In this document: positions 8,367-18,498 of the stretch, in pieces | Layout of the letters: each line of letters opens with the position of its first letter | How positions within the stretch are numbered: the first letter of the stretch is position 1 | NCBI GenBank assembly: GCA_013138805.1 | Contig: WTCA01000030.1 | Span: 1 to 56,983 of the forward strand | Length of the DNA stretch: 56,983 nt | Reading direction: 5' to 3' | Source of the DNA: an archaeon | GTDB lineage: Archaea; EX4484-52; GLR71 | Position numbers and translations under genes: made by a program | Notes under the pieces: model-generated | Seen by the model: the letters and a program-made list of their open reading frames with translations, nothing else | What the model was told of the DNA's origin: nothing | Databases searched by the model: none

Positions 8367-9065
8367 ATGGATACGGTTTTCATTATGGTAAATGGCGGGC
8401 ATATATCAAATAAATTTGAGAGAAAAGTTTCTGAAATTCTTATAAATTCAGGATTATATGAAAAAGCAATAATTTTCAACAATATACATTACAGGTATTC
8501 CACATACAAAGAAACATCTAGCGCAGGCAAGCCTTTGCGCATAAGGATGTTAAAGGGCAACGGAACTGAATATGAAGTAGACCTGGTTGCACTTGGAATC
8601 AATCAAGGCGAGATGGATATAATACAAGCAAGCATAAAGAACAGTCGTTTTGAAAATCTTATACCAGAGGATGTCAATAGTGCGAAACTGCTTGGGTATA
8701 AAAATATAGATAGATATTATTTTGACCAGACCCAATTGAATCTTACAGACAGACAAAAGGCAATGAAAGGTGAATTTGAACATTTCAAAAATACAATAAT
8801 ATATGATTATCTGGACGAGAATGGAAAACTTACAGGCCTACAGAAACAATACCTGATTGTAAAGTCTATTGAAAGGCAGACTGCAGAGAAATCATTGATT
8901 TTCCAAGACCTAAAATTAAACGGAATTGAAATAATCTCAAAGCGTGAGCTTTTAGAAGATATCAAAGAGAAAGGAGAAGTTCCTATTACCTGCATCAGCG
9001 GACTCACTGTCAATGACATGCAAAAAAGTGTGATAGATATAATCAATAGTTTAGATAAAGTCTAA
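8367..9065 (+). CDS. Hypothetical protein, possible PD-(D/E)XK nuclease-like
   Basis: FERKVSEIL...YEVDLVA...IIQASIK resembles the E..PD..(E/Q)xK layout; AT-rich. Start moved to ATG 8367 because the ORF start at 8256 overlaps PINA. Confidence 0.5.
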   Translation: MDTVFIMVNGGHISNKFERKVSEILINSGLYEKAIIFNNIHYRYSTYKETSSAGKPLRIRMLKGNGTEYEVDLVALGINQGEMDIIQASIKNSRFENLIPEDVNSAKLLGYKNIDRYYFDQTQLNLTDRQKAMKGEFEHFKNTIIYDYLDENGKLTGLQKQYLIVKSIERQTAEKSLIFQDLKLNGIEIISKRELLEDIKEKGEVPITCISGLTVNDMQKSVIDIINSLDKV

Positions 9066-9233
9066 TAAATCATTAACTTCTATTTTCAATAATTCTTTAT
9101 CGCTATTAATGCAGATGAAAATACAAAATAAAAATTAGATAAATTAAAGAAGAAAATAAGAATTTCTAAAAAATAAAAGATACATCAAAATATAAAAAAA
9201 AGAGCCTGTTTAGGACTTTCCAATCTATTTTTA

Positions 9234-10118
9234 TTATGATGCTATAAGTGTCAATGTACCCAGTGCAGTTTCTCCTGCAGGCATACCGTATGGGATAGAT
9301 GCATGAATAACTATATAGTCTTCAGCTCCAGGTACAAGGTCGTCCTCTCTTATATATGCTAAGTTTCCGCAGAGACCACCACCATATGTCGCATTGTAAT
9401 TGTATTTGTATATATATATCTTGTCGCATGTGCTTGCTGTAGCAATACAGTAACCTGCAAGAGGGCCGTCTGTGCATACAAAAGAGCCCCAAATGCCAGT
9501 GCTGACAGCACCGCATGTTGACAAATCGGATGAAAGGTCACGATTAAAGTCAGTAACATTTTCAGGTACTGTCTTTATTTCAAATACTGTACCTGTGGTA
9601 TTGCAGTATCCATCTGTGCCGTTCTCAACTTTCCAGAGATATTCATTTCCTGATGCATTTCTATACCATCCGTGCCCGAAATTTTCTGTTGCTGAGTTAA
9701 GGTCAAGAACCTCACCTGCAAGGATTGATGAAATATTCCATTCAAGCCTGCCTGCATGGTAATAAGTAGCATTTGTTGAGTTCCTTACAAATATCATGCC
9801 TGCTGCGGAATATGCACTAGCAGTTCCTGTAGGAAGAGGATTTGTCGATTCATCTGCGTCTGTGCTTGTATCCAGATACATGTTGGTTACATTTAAAGAA
9901 CCTGTATTTCTGATAGTTATATTTGAGACACCAGCAGCTGAATCTTCTCCAGGATTAAGGGTCCATGTAAAAGTGTTTGGAAGGACAACTATAGCTCCGA
10001 CAGAGCTTATAGTAATATTCACAGTCAATGTATCGTCTGCTGCGAAGGTCATAGGACCCGTAATCAAAGCCAAAACAATAATAGCTAATACAATCTGCAA
10101 TATAGATATCTTTTTCAT
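9234..10118 (-). CDS. Secreted beta-rich protein, candidate major fimbrial/WxL-like subunit
   Basis: Sec signal peptide (MKK..hydrophobic..TFA|A), N-terminal strand TLTVNITISS, ITIRNTGS, terminal strand GTLTLIAS, multiple Cys, no membrane anchor; has its own promoter. Confidence 0.6.
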   Translation of the reverse strand: MKKISILQIVLAIIVLALITGPMTFAADDTLTVNITISSVGAIVVLPNTFTWTLNPGEDSAAGVSNITIRNTGSLNVTNMYLDTSTDADESTNPLPTGTASAYSAAGMIFVRNSTNATYYHAGRLEWNISSILAGEVLDLNSATENFGHGWYRNASGNEYLWKVENGTDGYCNTTGTVFEIKTVPENVTDFNRDLSSDLSTCGAVSTGIWGSFVCTDGPLAGYCIATASTCDKIYIYKYNYNATYGGGLCGNLAYIREDDLVPGAEDYIVIHASIPYGMPAGETALGTLTLIAS

Positions 10119-10166
10119 AATGATTACCTTTCGAAGGTTTTATAACATTATTTGGGTTAAGGAGAG

Positions 10167-10184
10167 TATATATATATTTCGGTT
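10167..10184 (-). promoter_or_regulatory. BRE-TATA promoter upstream of the 294-aa secreted protein
   Basis: Minus strand AACCGAAA-TATATATATA about 50 nt upstream of ATG 10118, followed by an AAGGT RBS-like sequence. Confidence 0.6.
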
Positions 10185-11510
10185 TTATGACATACTTGTA
10201 TCCTGAAACTTTTTCGCCATTTCATCCTTTTTCATGCTGCGCTTATGAACATATACTGCAATCAGAGATACGGCAATTATGACAATCATAGCAATCATAA
10301 GCAAAAGCATTGGCGCTCTTGATAAAAGTGAATCACTGCTTCTTAAACGCGCAAGCTCAATCACTGCAAGCTCCAGATGCCCTCTTGTATCTTTAAGATA
10401 TGCACGCACCTGCCCGTAATCTTTAAGGTCGTGGTAGTCTTTTGCAAGAATCAATGCTGAATCGGCATCATCTATATATCTTTCAAGAAGAGTCGTGTTT
10501 CCCCCAGCAAGATAAAGCGAATGGGTCTCATCCATAAGGCGCGTTATGATATACCTATAATTCAATATCATATCCATAAGGTTTTCATCAAGAAGCAAGG
10601 ATCCTACAACAACATCAATATGACCTGTCCTTTCTATCCTGTTTGCAATAACCTTAAAATCCATAGGGTATATGCCATCCTTTATACCTGCCGGAACATC
10701 AAGAGTTATCATAAATATTGCAGACTGTCCTCCTTTCAAGGTCTGTATGTTCATCGGCTGCGCACCAACTGCGATATTTCCTATGATACGCGGAAGGAGC
10801 AACAAGCGCCTCAAAGTCATCGTACCTGTGTTATTCACCAGGATATACACTACAGAAGTATCTCCGGACATGACATAAATTTTATCCGGATGCGATAATG
10901 TTATCATTGTCCGGCCATAATCATACAGTTCAAAATCCAATGCTGAAAAGATATCACCTAAAAATCCTGAGCTCGGACTGGTGCTTGATCCGCTACTACT
11001 ATCTGAATCTGAATCATCATCATCGCCGGTACTATCACCAGGGTCAATAGGAGGAACATACGCATAATATGGCTCTACATAAAAAGAGCCCCAGGCATCG
11101 GCAGTACTATCTCCATAAGACACCATGACATGTGCCCAGTAAAAGCCATATGCCACTGGAGTATATTTCAATGTCTCAAAAATTCTGTCCCCAGGCCCCA
11201 TAGATGCTGTGTGACCTATACGGTTTGCAATCACAGTCATATTTGCATCATATGTGCCAATCTGCAATAGTGTCTTTTTTATATAGGGAGTGCTTCCTGT
11301 GTTTCTAAATTCTATATCAAAATCCATATTTGAATATTGGATGGCCTCTGCAGGATACCCAAGATAACTGATCTTGCCATATTCCATAGGATTTATGGAA
11401 ACATTTACTTCACCCAGCAAGATATTTCCTGTTATGGATGGATGATCCTGAAATATGATAAAGATGCAGATGGTGAAAATAAATAATGCAAGATATCTGT
11501 TATTATCCAT
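10185..11510 (-). CDS. Membrane-anchored surface protein (Ig-like, acidic linker, NEW3-like Ig, helical bundle, C-terminal TM)
   Basis: N-terminal hydrophobic segment, two NTG-containing beta-sandwich patterns, D/S-rich linker, C-terminal TM with basic tail; GGAGG upstream of ATG 11510. Confidence 0.7.
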   Translation of the reverse strand: MDNNRYLALFIFTICIFIIFQDHPSITGNILLGEVNVSINPMEYGKISYLGYPAEAIQYSNMDFDIEFRNTGSTPYIKKTLLQIGTYDANMTVIANRIGHTASMGPGDRIFETLKYTPVAYGFYWAHVMVSYGDSTADAWGSFYVEPYYAYVPPIDPGDSTGDDDDSDSDSSSGSSTSPSSGFLGDIFSALDFELYDYGRTMITLSHPDKIYVMSGDTSVVYILVNNTGTMTLRRLLLLPRIIGNIAVGAQPMNIQTLKGGQSAIFMITLDVPAGIKDGIYPMDFKVIANRIERTGHIDVVVGSLLLDENLMDMILNYRYIITRLMDETHSLYLAGGNTTLLERYIDDADSALILAKDYHDLKDYGQVRAYLKDTRGHLELAVIELARLRSSDSLLSRAPMLLLMIAMIVIIAVSLIAVYVHKRSMKKDEMAKKFQDTSMS

Positions 11511-12180
11511 ACCTATATATCCTCCATGCAAGTATAATTATCAATGCAAGACCAAATATTACAAATGCTGTCTTAATTGTTTCGGGCGAAATAATAATAT
11601 CTGATCTGCCGGCAGGTTGCGCATCAATAAATTCTCTGACAATTTTCGGGTTTATATCAACTGAAACTGTTTTTGGATCCATATGTATATTAGGCATATC
11701 CTGATATAAGCCTTTCACTACATCAATATCAAAAAAGAACAATCGCTCCTGCTTCAACGAGAACCCGGATGCATTCCCAGGACTGCCTGCAACAGCTTTA
11801 ATAATCACTGTCTTTTTTCCGGGAATTTCATATTCAGGAACAGACACATAGATATCTATCAAAGATGCTTCTATCGTTTTCTTAAGTGAAGGAAGATATA
11901 TGTGTTCAATGTTTCCAACAGCTGTGCTATTAAGATAGAAACTGTCAGGATTTGATATGACAGTCCAATTATCAGGAACCTCTATATTTTCTAATTTTAC
12001 ATCATAACCATAATCGCCAGTATTCCAGAACAGAATAGCAAACATCACAGTATTTCCGGGAGATGTGTCCTGAACTGCTGATTTCTGCAGAGTCCCAAGA
12101 TTGAATGCGCTTACAGGTTCCAATAACATAAATGCAAAAAAGATTGCAAATACGATAAAATTACGGTTGCGGATCACCAT
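11503..12180 (-). CDS. Signal peptide + single Ig-like (NEW3/DUF916-like) domain + C-terminal TM protein
   Basis: VSA| cleavage-like site, PGNTVMFAILFWNTG...VPDNWTV...VSVPEYEIPG, C-terminal hydrophobic helix; overlaps both neighbours. Confidence 0.7.
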   Translation of the reverse strand: MVIRNRNFIVFAIFFAFMLLEPVSAFNLGTLQKSAVQDTSPGNTVMFAILFWNTGDYGYDVKLENIEVPDNWTVISNPDSFYLNSTAVGNIEHIYLPSLKKTIEASLIDIYVSVPEYEIPGKKTVIIKAVAGSPGNASGFSLKQERLFFFDIDVVKGLYQDMPNIHMDPKTVSVDINPKIVREFIDAQPAGRSDIIISPETIKTAFVIFGLALIIILAWRIYRYG

Positions 12181-14656
12181 TCATAACACCCTGTATAAAT
12201 ACAGTCCCATTATAATCAGCAGCAAAAATTGGAGGCACATTTATCCAATACCATGTTGTGAGATTTGTCAGGGGAGGCACATCAATCTTTAAAGGCGCAT
12301 AAGTATCTGTCATGTTATATGAAGTCGCATATGAATCTGAAACATTGTTCCATGTAAGATTTCCCACACCCAAAACATAACCGACATCATTGTCTTCCAT
12401 ATCTGTCCCTTTTATGTAAAGGTCAGTATTGCAGCTGCCATCATTTATTGTAATATTATATAGATTATTATCATTACCTAATGCAGGATTCTCATATGTA
12501 TTAGGCGTCAAAGGATCATCAAAGTCTATAGAGGACCAGGTAACTGTAAGATCCACTATGCAGGGCACCACCTCTATCTCTGAGGATAGTGTATTGTTTT
12601 TAGTTGTCCATCCCGAATCCGAGCTGAAATTGACATCAAGCTTCCAAAAGTCCAGCCCAGGATCTGTCGCATTCAATACCCATGTGATATTGCAGTATTC
12701 ATTTTCAGACAAAGGGTTTGTCGGGCAGGACTTTGTAGATAAGGGTGATACCTCATCAATAAATAAGGGTTCTGCACCTTGCGTAATGTTTATTGGTGTG
12801 TCCGGATTTTCCGATGTCTTGTTGTAACGGATTGTGGCTGACACATCACCGCAGCTGCCCTGTCTGCATATAACTGTTGCATTTACGATGAATGTTGTAT
12901 TTTGAATAATCGCAGTTGTGAAAGATGTGCTTGGCTCTTCAAGCACTAATTCAAGAGTTGTGTTGAATGAGAAGTATACAGTTGTGCTGTTGAGGTTTCC
13001 GGCAGTATCGTTCGCATAGACTGTTATGCTGTTGATACCTTCTGTTGCTGTTATTGTCGTGTTCGGGCTAAAGGTAACATTAGCATTGCCGTTAAGGCTG
13101 TATCTCCATGCATCTATATCTTCATCTGCACTGACATTCAGGTCTATCTGCTTATCTTTGTATGTTATGTTATCAGGAGATGCGATGTAAATTGTCGGCA
13201 ATGTTATATCAACTGAGAAATATATTGTGACTTCTGAAACATTCATATTTCCTGCAGTGTCATTGCATGAATATGTGATATAGTGACCTGATTCAGACAG
13301 GCTTTCAACAAGGATGTACCAGTCTGCTGCGGATGTGTTTGACATTGTGACATTTGCTGCGCCGTCTAAAGAATAACCGCACCAGTCACCGTCTTCATTT
13401 AATGTCAGGTTTGCCCAGACAGATGTTGAATTATAAGACCTGTTCAAGGGAGATTGTATAGTTATTTGGGGAGATGTTGAGTCAATTGTGTTGAAACTGT
13501 ATATATCTGAAACATTCATATTTCCTGCAGTATCGTTTGCGTAGACCCTCCACTGTATAGTACAGCCGGTAGTTGAGTTTATCCACTTGCTCACATTTGA
13601 CCAGTTTCCTGTGCCGGTCATTTCAATGTAGCTGTCGTTTTCAAAGGTGCCTGTGCAGTTATCGAATGAGAAGATGTAACCTGCGAGTTGGATGTTGTCG
13701 GTCCAGTAAAGGCTGAAGAGTGTGTAGGCTCCGGCTTCTGTGGAGTTGGTCTGGTTGAGGGAGTATTGAGGGTCTGTGAGGTCAACAGTAAAATATATTG
13801 TGACTGCTGATGAATTCATGTTCCCTGCAGTGTCATTGCAGGAATATGTAATGTTGTGAGATGATTCTGACAGGCTTTCAACAAGGATGTACCAGTCTGT
13901 AGCGGATGTATTTGACATGGTTACATTTGCTGCGCCGTCAAGACTGTAGCCGCACCAGTTACCATCTTCGTTCAAGGTCAGGTTTGCCCAGACAGATGTT
14001 GAGTTATAAGATTTATTAATCGGGGACTGGACTGTAATTTCCGGTGCCACTTCATCCTGATATTCTAATACAAGATTAATATCATCCCAAAAATTCCTGA
14101 TCAATGGTGTATCTGCGACAGATGTTTCAACATAATTATACAGCTTTATCCTATAAGTTCCATCGGAGGAGAAATTGTTGATGCCTACATCTATAGATTC
14201 AGAAGAATATGCTGCATCATCTGCTGTTGAAGACCGTGAGAAAAGCATTACCTCTGAACTGTCAGGCTTTATCAGAAACACCTTTATCAGATTTGTGGTG
14301 GGTGCTGCAAGATCCCATGTCTGCTTATATGAAAAAGGCACTGTAGCTGAAACAAGTGTTCCCGGATTAGACCATACACCGCCATCATTTGTAAGATTGC
14401 CGACAACTGTATATCCTGTGTCAGCCTCACTGTCATTAGCTTTAAGATACCAGACACCGGGGTCATCATCTCCGCCTGAGACATTAAATTCTGATGTTGC
14501 TATATCGCCTGAGTCATCTTCAGAATATGTCCAGCCAGTTGAGCTTCCGGAAGTAAAATTACCATTCACGACAAGATTCTGCTGAAGAGAATAGATTGAA
14601 GGCATCAGTACAGATAAGGTTGATATTAAAAAAAACAGAAGAAATCTCTTTTTCAA
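12161..14656 (-). CDS. Secreted multi-Ig adhesin with C-terminal WxL/fimbrial-like domain (candidate tip adhesin)
   Basis: Signal peptide; N-terminal NLVVNGNF..GW jelly-roll/CBM-like domain; repeated NDTAGN Ig domains; C-terminal SSIDF..LTP...WYWINVP...YNGTVFI; no TM. TTG start overlaps the upstream stop. Confidence 0.65.
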   Translation of the reverse strand: MKKRFLLFFLISTLSVLMPSIYSLQQNLVVNGNFTSGSSTGWTYSEDDSGDIATSEFNVSGGDDDPGVWYLKANDSEADTGYTVVGNLTNDGGVWSNPGTLVSATVPFSYKQTWDLAAPTTNLIKVFLIKPDSSEVMLFSRSSTADDAAYSSESIDVGINNFSSDGTYRIKLYNYVETSVADTPLIRNFWDDINLVLEYQDEVAPEITVQSPINKSYNSTSVWANLTLNEDGNWCGYSLDGAANVTMSNTSATDWYILVESLSESSHNITYSCNDTAGNMNSSAVTIYFTVDLTDPQYSLNQTNSTEAGAYTLFSLYWTDNIQLAGYIFSFDNCTGTFENDSYIEMTGTGNWSNVSKWINSTTGCTIQWRVYANDTAGNMNVSDIYSFNTIDSTSPQITIQSPLNRSYNSTSVWANLTLNEDGDWCGYSLDGAANVTMSNTSAADWYILVESLSESGHYITYSCNDTAGNMNVSEVTIYFSVDITLPTIYIASPDNITYKDKQIDLNVSADEDIDAWRYSLNGNANVTFSPNTTITATEGINSITVYANDTAGNLNSTTVYFSFNTTLELVLEEPSTSFTTAIIQNTTFIVNATVICRQGSCGDVSATIRYNKTSENPDTPINITQGAEPLFIDEVSPLSTKSCPTNPLSENEYCNITWVLNATDPGLDFWKLDVNFSSDSGWTTKNNTLSSEIEVVPCIVDLTVTWSSIDFDDPLTPNTYENPALGNDNNLYNITINDGSCNTDLYIKGTDMEDNDVGYVLGVGNLTWNNVSDSYATSYNMTDTYAPLKIDVPPLTNLTTWYWINVPPIFAADYNGTVFIQGVMNGDPQP
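13209..14011. repeat. Intragenic direct repeat of about 230 bp (13209-13438 and 13782-14011)
   Basis: Near-identical copies encoding SYNSTSVWANLTLNEDG.WCGYSLDGAANVTMSNTSA.DWYILVESLSES.H.ITYSCNDTAGNMN, offset 573 bp. Confidence 0.9.
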
Positions 14657-17094
14657 TTTTTCAACACCTTTTTTCTTTTTTGGGTTTTGACGGGTCTCTT
14701 TTCTTTCCGGGAAGCCATACTCAGCTTTGTCTTTCTTGTCTGGAAAATATGATTGCGGATATCAAATATCATCTGCCTGTTAATTTTTCTTAATCCCTGA
14801 TCGTATGTGTTTATCAATCTTCGTCTACGAAACAGAAGCGCTGTTGAAATGCTGATGAATGCAAATGCTACAAGAGATATGGCTTCGCCCTGAGCTATCA
14901 TGAATAAAGATTGCCCTGTCGGCATACCGATTGATGGAAACAGATCAAAAGATAAAAGGGTTTCTGAAGTGTCTGATGACATAGATACTGTATCTATGCT
15001 TTCGTTTCTCAATGGAAGTATGTTCATCACAAAACTATGCTCTTTAGAAAAACCTGCACCTGAAATCTCAAAAGATGCACTTGTAATGCCGGCAGTCGCA
15101 TTTTCAGGTATTACGAAATAGACAATTACAGGAATGTCTTCAGACGCTTTTAAGATATTGATTGTTTCAGGGTATATCATCTGATAATAACTGTCCGGTA
15201 TGTTTTTCAATGAAATTGAGATGTTTGACAGATCAGCTTCACCCGTGTTTATCACAAGAAACTGCACTTCGGATGATTCGCCTGGATTTAACCTGACAGT
15301 ATCAGGACTTACTACAGATATATCTTTGCTTTTTACAATCTCAAAATCAATCTGTTTCTGTGATGAGATATAAGGGTCTTTAGACAACTCTATAAGAAGT
15401 GTATAATTGCCTTCAATACCAGGATTTTGTATATTGAAAGAAAAAAGCCCTTTGGAATCTGAGACAGATGATGCGGCTATGGATGTTGCTTCAATAGATG
15501 CGTTCAAGATTGCATCAGGGACTATATCTTTTGCGCTGTCCTGGCTTAAGCCTGTTATAATTATATTCTCGTTTATATTATAACTTGTCTTTTCAAGAGC
15601 AGCTCCGAGGTTCAAAGAATCCCTGTTGCCCACAATGTATGCTGCATCAAGCGCAGCATCAGCAATTGTTGCAGTCTTTCTCAGGCTGTCTATAACTGAG
15701 GAGATAATAATCCATTCGGAACTACATTTCCTGTTTCCTGTATTCCAGCTATTGCATACATATACTTCAATTGATGAGATATCATTGATTTTTGCAGGAT
15801 CGTATTTTATCTTAATGTCGGCAGAAGAATAATCCAGCTCTGATGCTATTGCATAATAGAATATGCCTTCGCCTGAAATGCCGCTCACAGAAGTTGTAGG
15901 GAGAGATTGATATTTTACAGGGTCATCAAAATCCTCTATGTCTGCATCAAATATGTCAAGCACTGCAAAATTATCTTCTACCTGTATGTCATAGGTATCC
16001 GGAGGAAATGAGATTGAATATTTCCCGGAAATATCTGTCCTGACATCTTTTGTGAGACTTCCGGAATCAAACATAATATCAACCTTATGATTGCCTGAGT
16101 CTGAAAATATTACTCCTGAAGCAGATATGACATATATTATGTTTTCAGAATCCTGAGCTGTATGAGTACTGTCATCAAAATCTACTTTAATCTTATGCCT
16201 GCCTGCGGATAATGAAGGAAGCTCAAATGCCAGATCGTAAGCATTGCTTGCGGATGATGAGGAAATATCAAAAACATCTACCTTTGTTGAATCCAGACGA
16301 ACAGATATATAGTCTTCCAATATTGTTATGGGAATGCCGCGATAGGTTGCTTTGAGTGTTGCTGTAATCGTATCTCCTGAAGACACCCAGTCCTTATCAA
16401 CATCAGTGATTGAAAAATCTAAAGGAGGTATTATATTCACAGCCTTATCTATTGAGACTTCAGCACCTGAATAATCTGCTGATATAGAAAGAGTATAGGT
16501 ATTTGATGCAAGTGCATCAGTCTCAAATCTTAAAACCCACCCTTTCTCAAAGTCATAATATGGTTGTGATGCAAAAGAGATTACTTCACCATCCATAGAT
16601 ATGCTGAAAGAGACATCATTAGATGTTATCGTATTTCCGTCTTTTTTGACAAATATGCTTATCTCTGCCATATCCCCTATGTATATCGGTGATGCTATAC
16701 TGCTTATCTCAATACTCAGATTTGAGACAGTGAATGATATTGAAGAATTTACTGATTCGCCCAATTCGTTTTCACAATAAGCAATGACATCAAAAGTTCC
16801 TGCCTTATTGAAATTTGATGATTCGGCGGTTGAAATTGACAGATAATATGTGCTGTTCACATCAGGAATGAAATAATTGCCGGGAAACAATGCAGTTGAA
16901 GTGCTAATGTCTGCATACACGCCGGATATTACTGAACCGTTGTCGTCGGTACAGTTAAGGAAGATTGTTTCTGTCTCGCCAAGCCAGATCTCCTGCGACT
17001 GGACAGAAAGATTGTTGATTACCGGATATGCATATGCAAAATTTCCGAGAGATAACAGGGATATGAAAATAAACAAAAATACTCCCCATCTCAT
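14653..17094 (-). CDS. Membrane-anchored multi-Ig surface protein with PGF-pre-PGF-like and NEW3-like domains
   Basis: Signal peptide (AYA|), serial beta-sandwich patterns, YVCNSWN...KCSSEW domain, C-terminal TM and strongly basic cytoplasmic tail. Confidence 0.7.
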   Translation of the reverse strand: MRWGVFLFIFISLLSLGNFAYAYPVINNLSVQSQEIWLGETETIFLNCTDDNGSVISGVYADISTSTALFPGNYFIPDVNSTYYLSISTAESSNFNKAGTFDVIAYCENELGESVNSSISFTVSNLSIEISSIASPIYIGDMAEISIFVKKDGNTITSNDVSFSISMDGEVISFASQPYYDFEKGWVLRFETDALASNTYTLSISADYSGAEVSIDKAVNIIPPLDFSITDVDKDWVSSGDTITATLKATYRGIPITILEDYISVRLDSTKVDVFDISSSSASNAYDLAFELPSLSAGRHKIKVDFDDSTHTAQDSENIIYVISASGVIFSDSGNHKVDIMFDSGSLTKDVRTDISGKYSISFPPDTYDIQVEDNFAVLDIFDADIEDFDDPVKYQSLPTTSVSGISGEGIFYYAIASELDYSSADIKIKYDPAKINDISSIEVYVCNSWNTGNRKCSSEWIIISSVIDSLRKTATIADAALDAAYIVGNRDSLNLGAALEKTSYNINENIIITGLSQDSAKDIVPDAILNASIEATSIAASSVSDSKGLFSFNIQNPGIEGNYTLLIELSKDPYISSQKQIDFEIVKSKDISVVSPDTVRLNPGESSEVQFLVINTGEADLSNISISLKNIPDSYYQMIYPETINILKASEDIPVIVYFVIPENATAGITSASFEISGAGFSKEHSFVMNILPLRNESIDTVSMSSDTSETLLSFDLFPSIGMPTGQSLFMIAQGEAISLVAFAFISISTALLFRRRRLINTYDQGLRKINRQMIFDIRNHIFQTRKTKLSMASRKEKRPVKTQKRKKVLKN

Positions 17095-17109
17095 ACAAAT
17101 CTCCTTAAA

Positions 17110-17853
17110 TCAATCCAATAAATCCATGAACATGCCAATCAGTTTTCTGATACCTGATTCTTTTTTGAGCAAAAATGTCTTTTCACCATAAAATCTTCCA
17201 TCCTCACTTACAGCGACCAGGGTAATCTCTGATTCACGGAACACACCTGCATCATAATTTATGTAGATTGTTCTTGATTTTCCTGCAATCACATCTTCAA
17301 TAACATTCTGCTCAAAAAGCCATCCTGCAGTATATTTTACAGGATAGATGATTATTTTTCCGGTATCATTTTCTGCGGTGATCTTGATTTTGATCTTATC
17401 ATCATATACGCGGACCATCTCAATATCTACCGCATCGGAAGATGTTGACGCATCGTTAAAGATCCAGGTAATATTTCCAATATCAACAATGTCATAAGCC
17501 CTGTAAAGTCTTGCATCTGCTGTAATTATTTTGTCTTTCGGCTCATACCAATACATATTTATTGTGTCTCTCTCACCGGGATTAAGCAAAGATTCGCTGC
17601 TCCATATTGATGTGACTTTTTTGGTCCCGTCAGATATATCAAGCCGAATACGGGCAGCATAAGCAACACTTCCGGAATTGAACACATCATAACTTGCAGA
17701 CATAACATTGCTGTTTAACATGCAGCAATCAATATATTTTATATCTGTATTCAATAATTCAATAACATTGACTTCAATAGAGGTGCTGCATACAGCAGGG
17801 ACCATCATTAAGATAAACAATAAAGATAGTGTCAATTGCCTGTTTTTCGACAT
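17110..17853 (-). CDS. Secreted two-Ig-domain protein (candidate assembly/chaperone component)
   Basis: Signal peptide; VFNSGSV.Y.AR.R...WS....LNPGE pattern; C-terminal amphipathic helix. Confidence 0.65.
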   Translation of the reverse strand: MSKNRQLTLSLLFILMMVPAVCSTSIEVNVIELLNTDIKYIDCCMLNSNVMSASYDVFNSGSVAYAARIRLDISDGTKKVTSIWSSESLLNPGERDTINMYWYEPKDKIITADARLYRAYDIVDIGNITWIFNDASTSSDAVDIEMVRVYDDKIKIKITAENDTGKIIIYPVKYTAGWLFEQNVIEDVIAGKSRTIYINYDAGVFRESEITLVAVSEDGRFYGEKTFLLKKESGIRKLIGMFMDLLD

Positions 17854-17865
17854 AATATGCACCGA

Positions 17866-18414
17866 TCATAAAAACAATTTCATAAAATTGTATCTTGCCC
17901 TCTTGACAACCAGGTTTATTTCACCTGAATAATTCCCCATAGGAGTATTCTTATCTGTCTTAAGCATAATCTCTATATCCTTAGTAACTTCAGGCCTAAG
18001 ATAAAAATTATTATCATTATAATGAATCATTGAAGAGATATTTCCGTATGCAAAAAACAGCATCTTTGCTGTATCTTCCTGTGTATTTTTCAAGGTCAAA
18101 AAACGCATCCCTATGGCACCGCCTGTCGGCACCACCCCAAAATCAAGACTTGTTGAATCAAGAGAGAAACCAATTGATATATTCTGCCCTTCAATAACGC
18201 TTATCTCTACAGATGTCGGATATTTGCTGATCTCGTAAGTGAAGAACAGATTATTATCATATAAAACTGTATGATCAGTCACAAGCGTATCAGGTTCAAT
18301 ATATGGCATAATCAACATATCTGCCCTGGAGAATGCAAATAGAGATATAATCATAAATATTGGCAAAAACAAAGCATATTTTTTGATTTTTTGATTTTTT
18401 GATGATTTACTCAT
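17866..18414 (-). CDS. N-terminally anchored single Ig-like (ASH/PapD-like) protein
   Basis: Hydrophobic N-terminus; SLDFGVVP.G....FLTLKN...F.LRP...IEI......GNYSGEINL. Confidence 0.65.
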   Translation of the reverse strand: MSKSSKNQKIKKYALFLPIFMIISLFAFSRADMLIMPYIEPDTLVTDHTVLYDNNLFFTYEISKYPTSVEISVIEGQNISIGFSLDSTSLDFGVVPTGGAIGMRFLTLKNTQEDTAKMLFFAYGNISSMIHYNDNNFYLRPEVTKDIEIMLKTDKNTPMGNYSGEINLVVKRARYNFMKLFL

Positions 18415-18498
18415 AGCAATCTAAAATAAATTAGTCCTGAGTGCTTATATAATTTATGAGAAACAGGGTTTTAATTCCCGATTTTTATATAATATCCA

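Noticed and set aside
9234..10118. Type IV pilin or archaellin identity for the 294-aa protein
   Set aside because: There is no class III signal peptide; it has an ordinary Sec-type signal with a TFA|A cleavage site.
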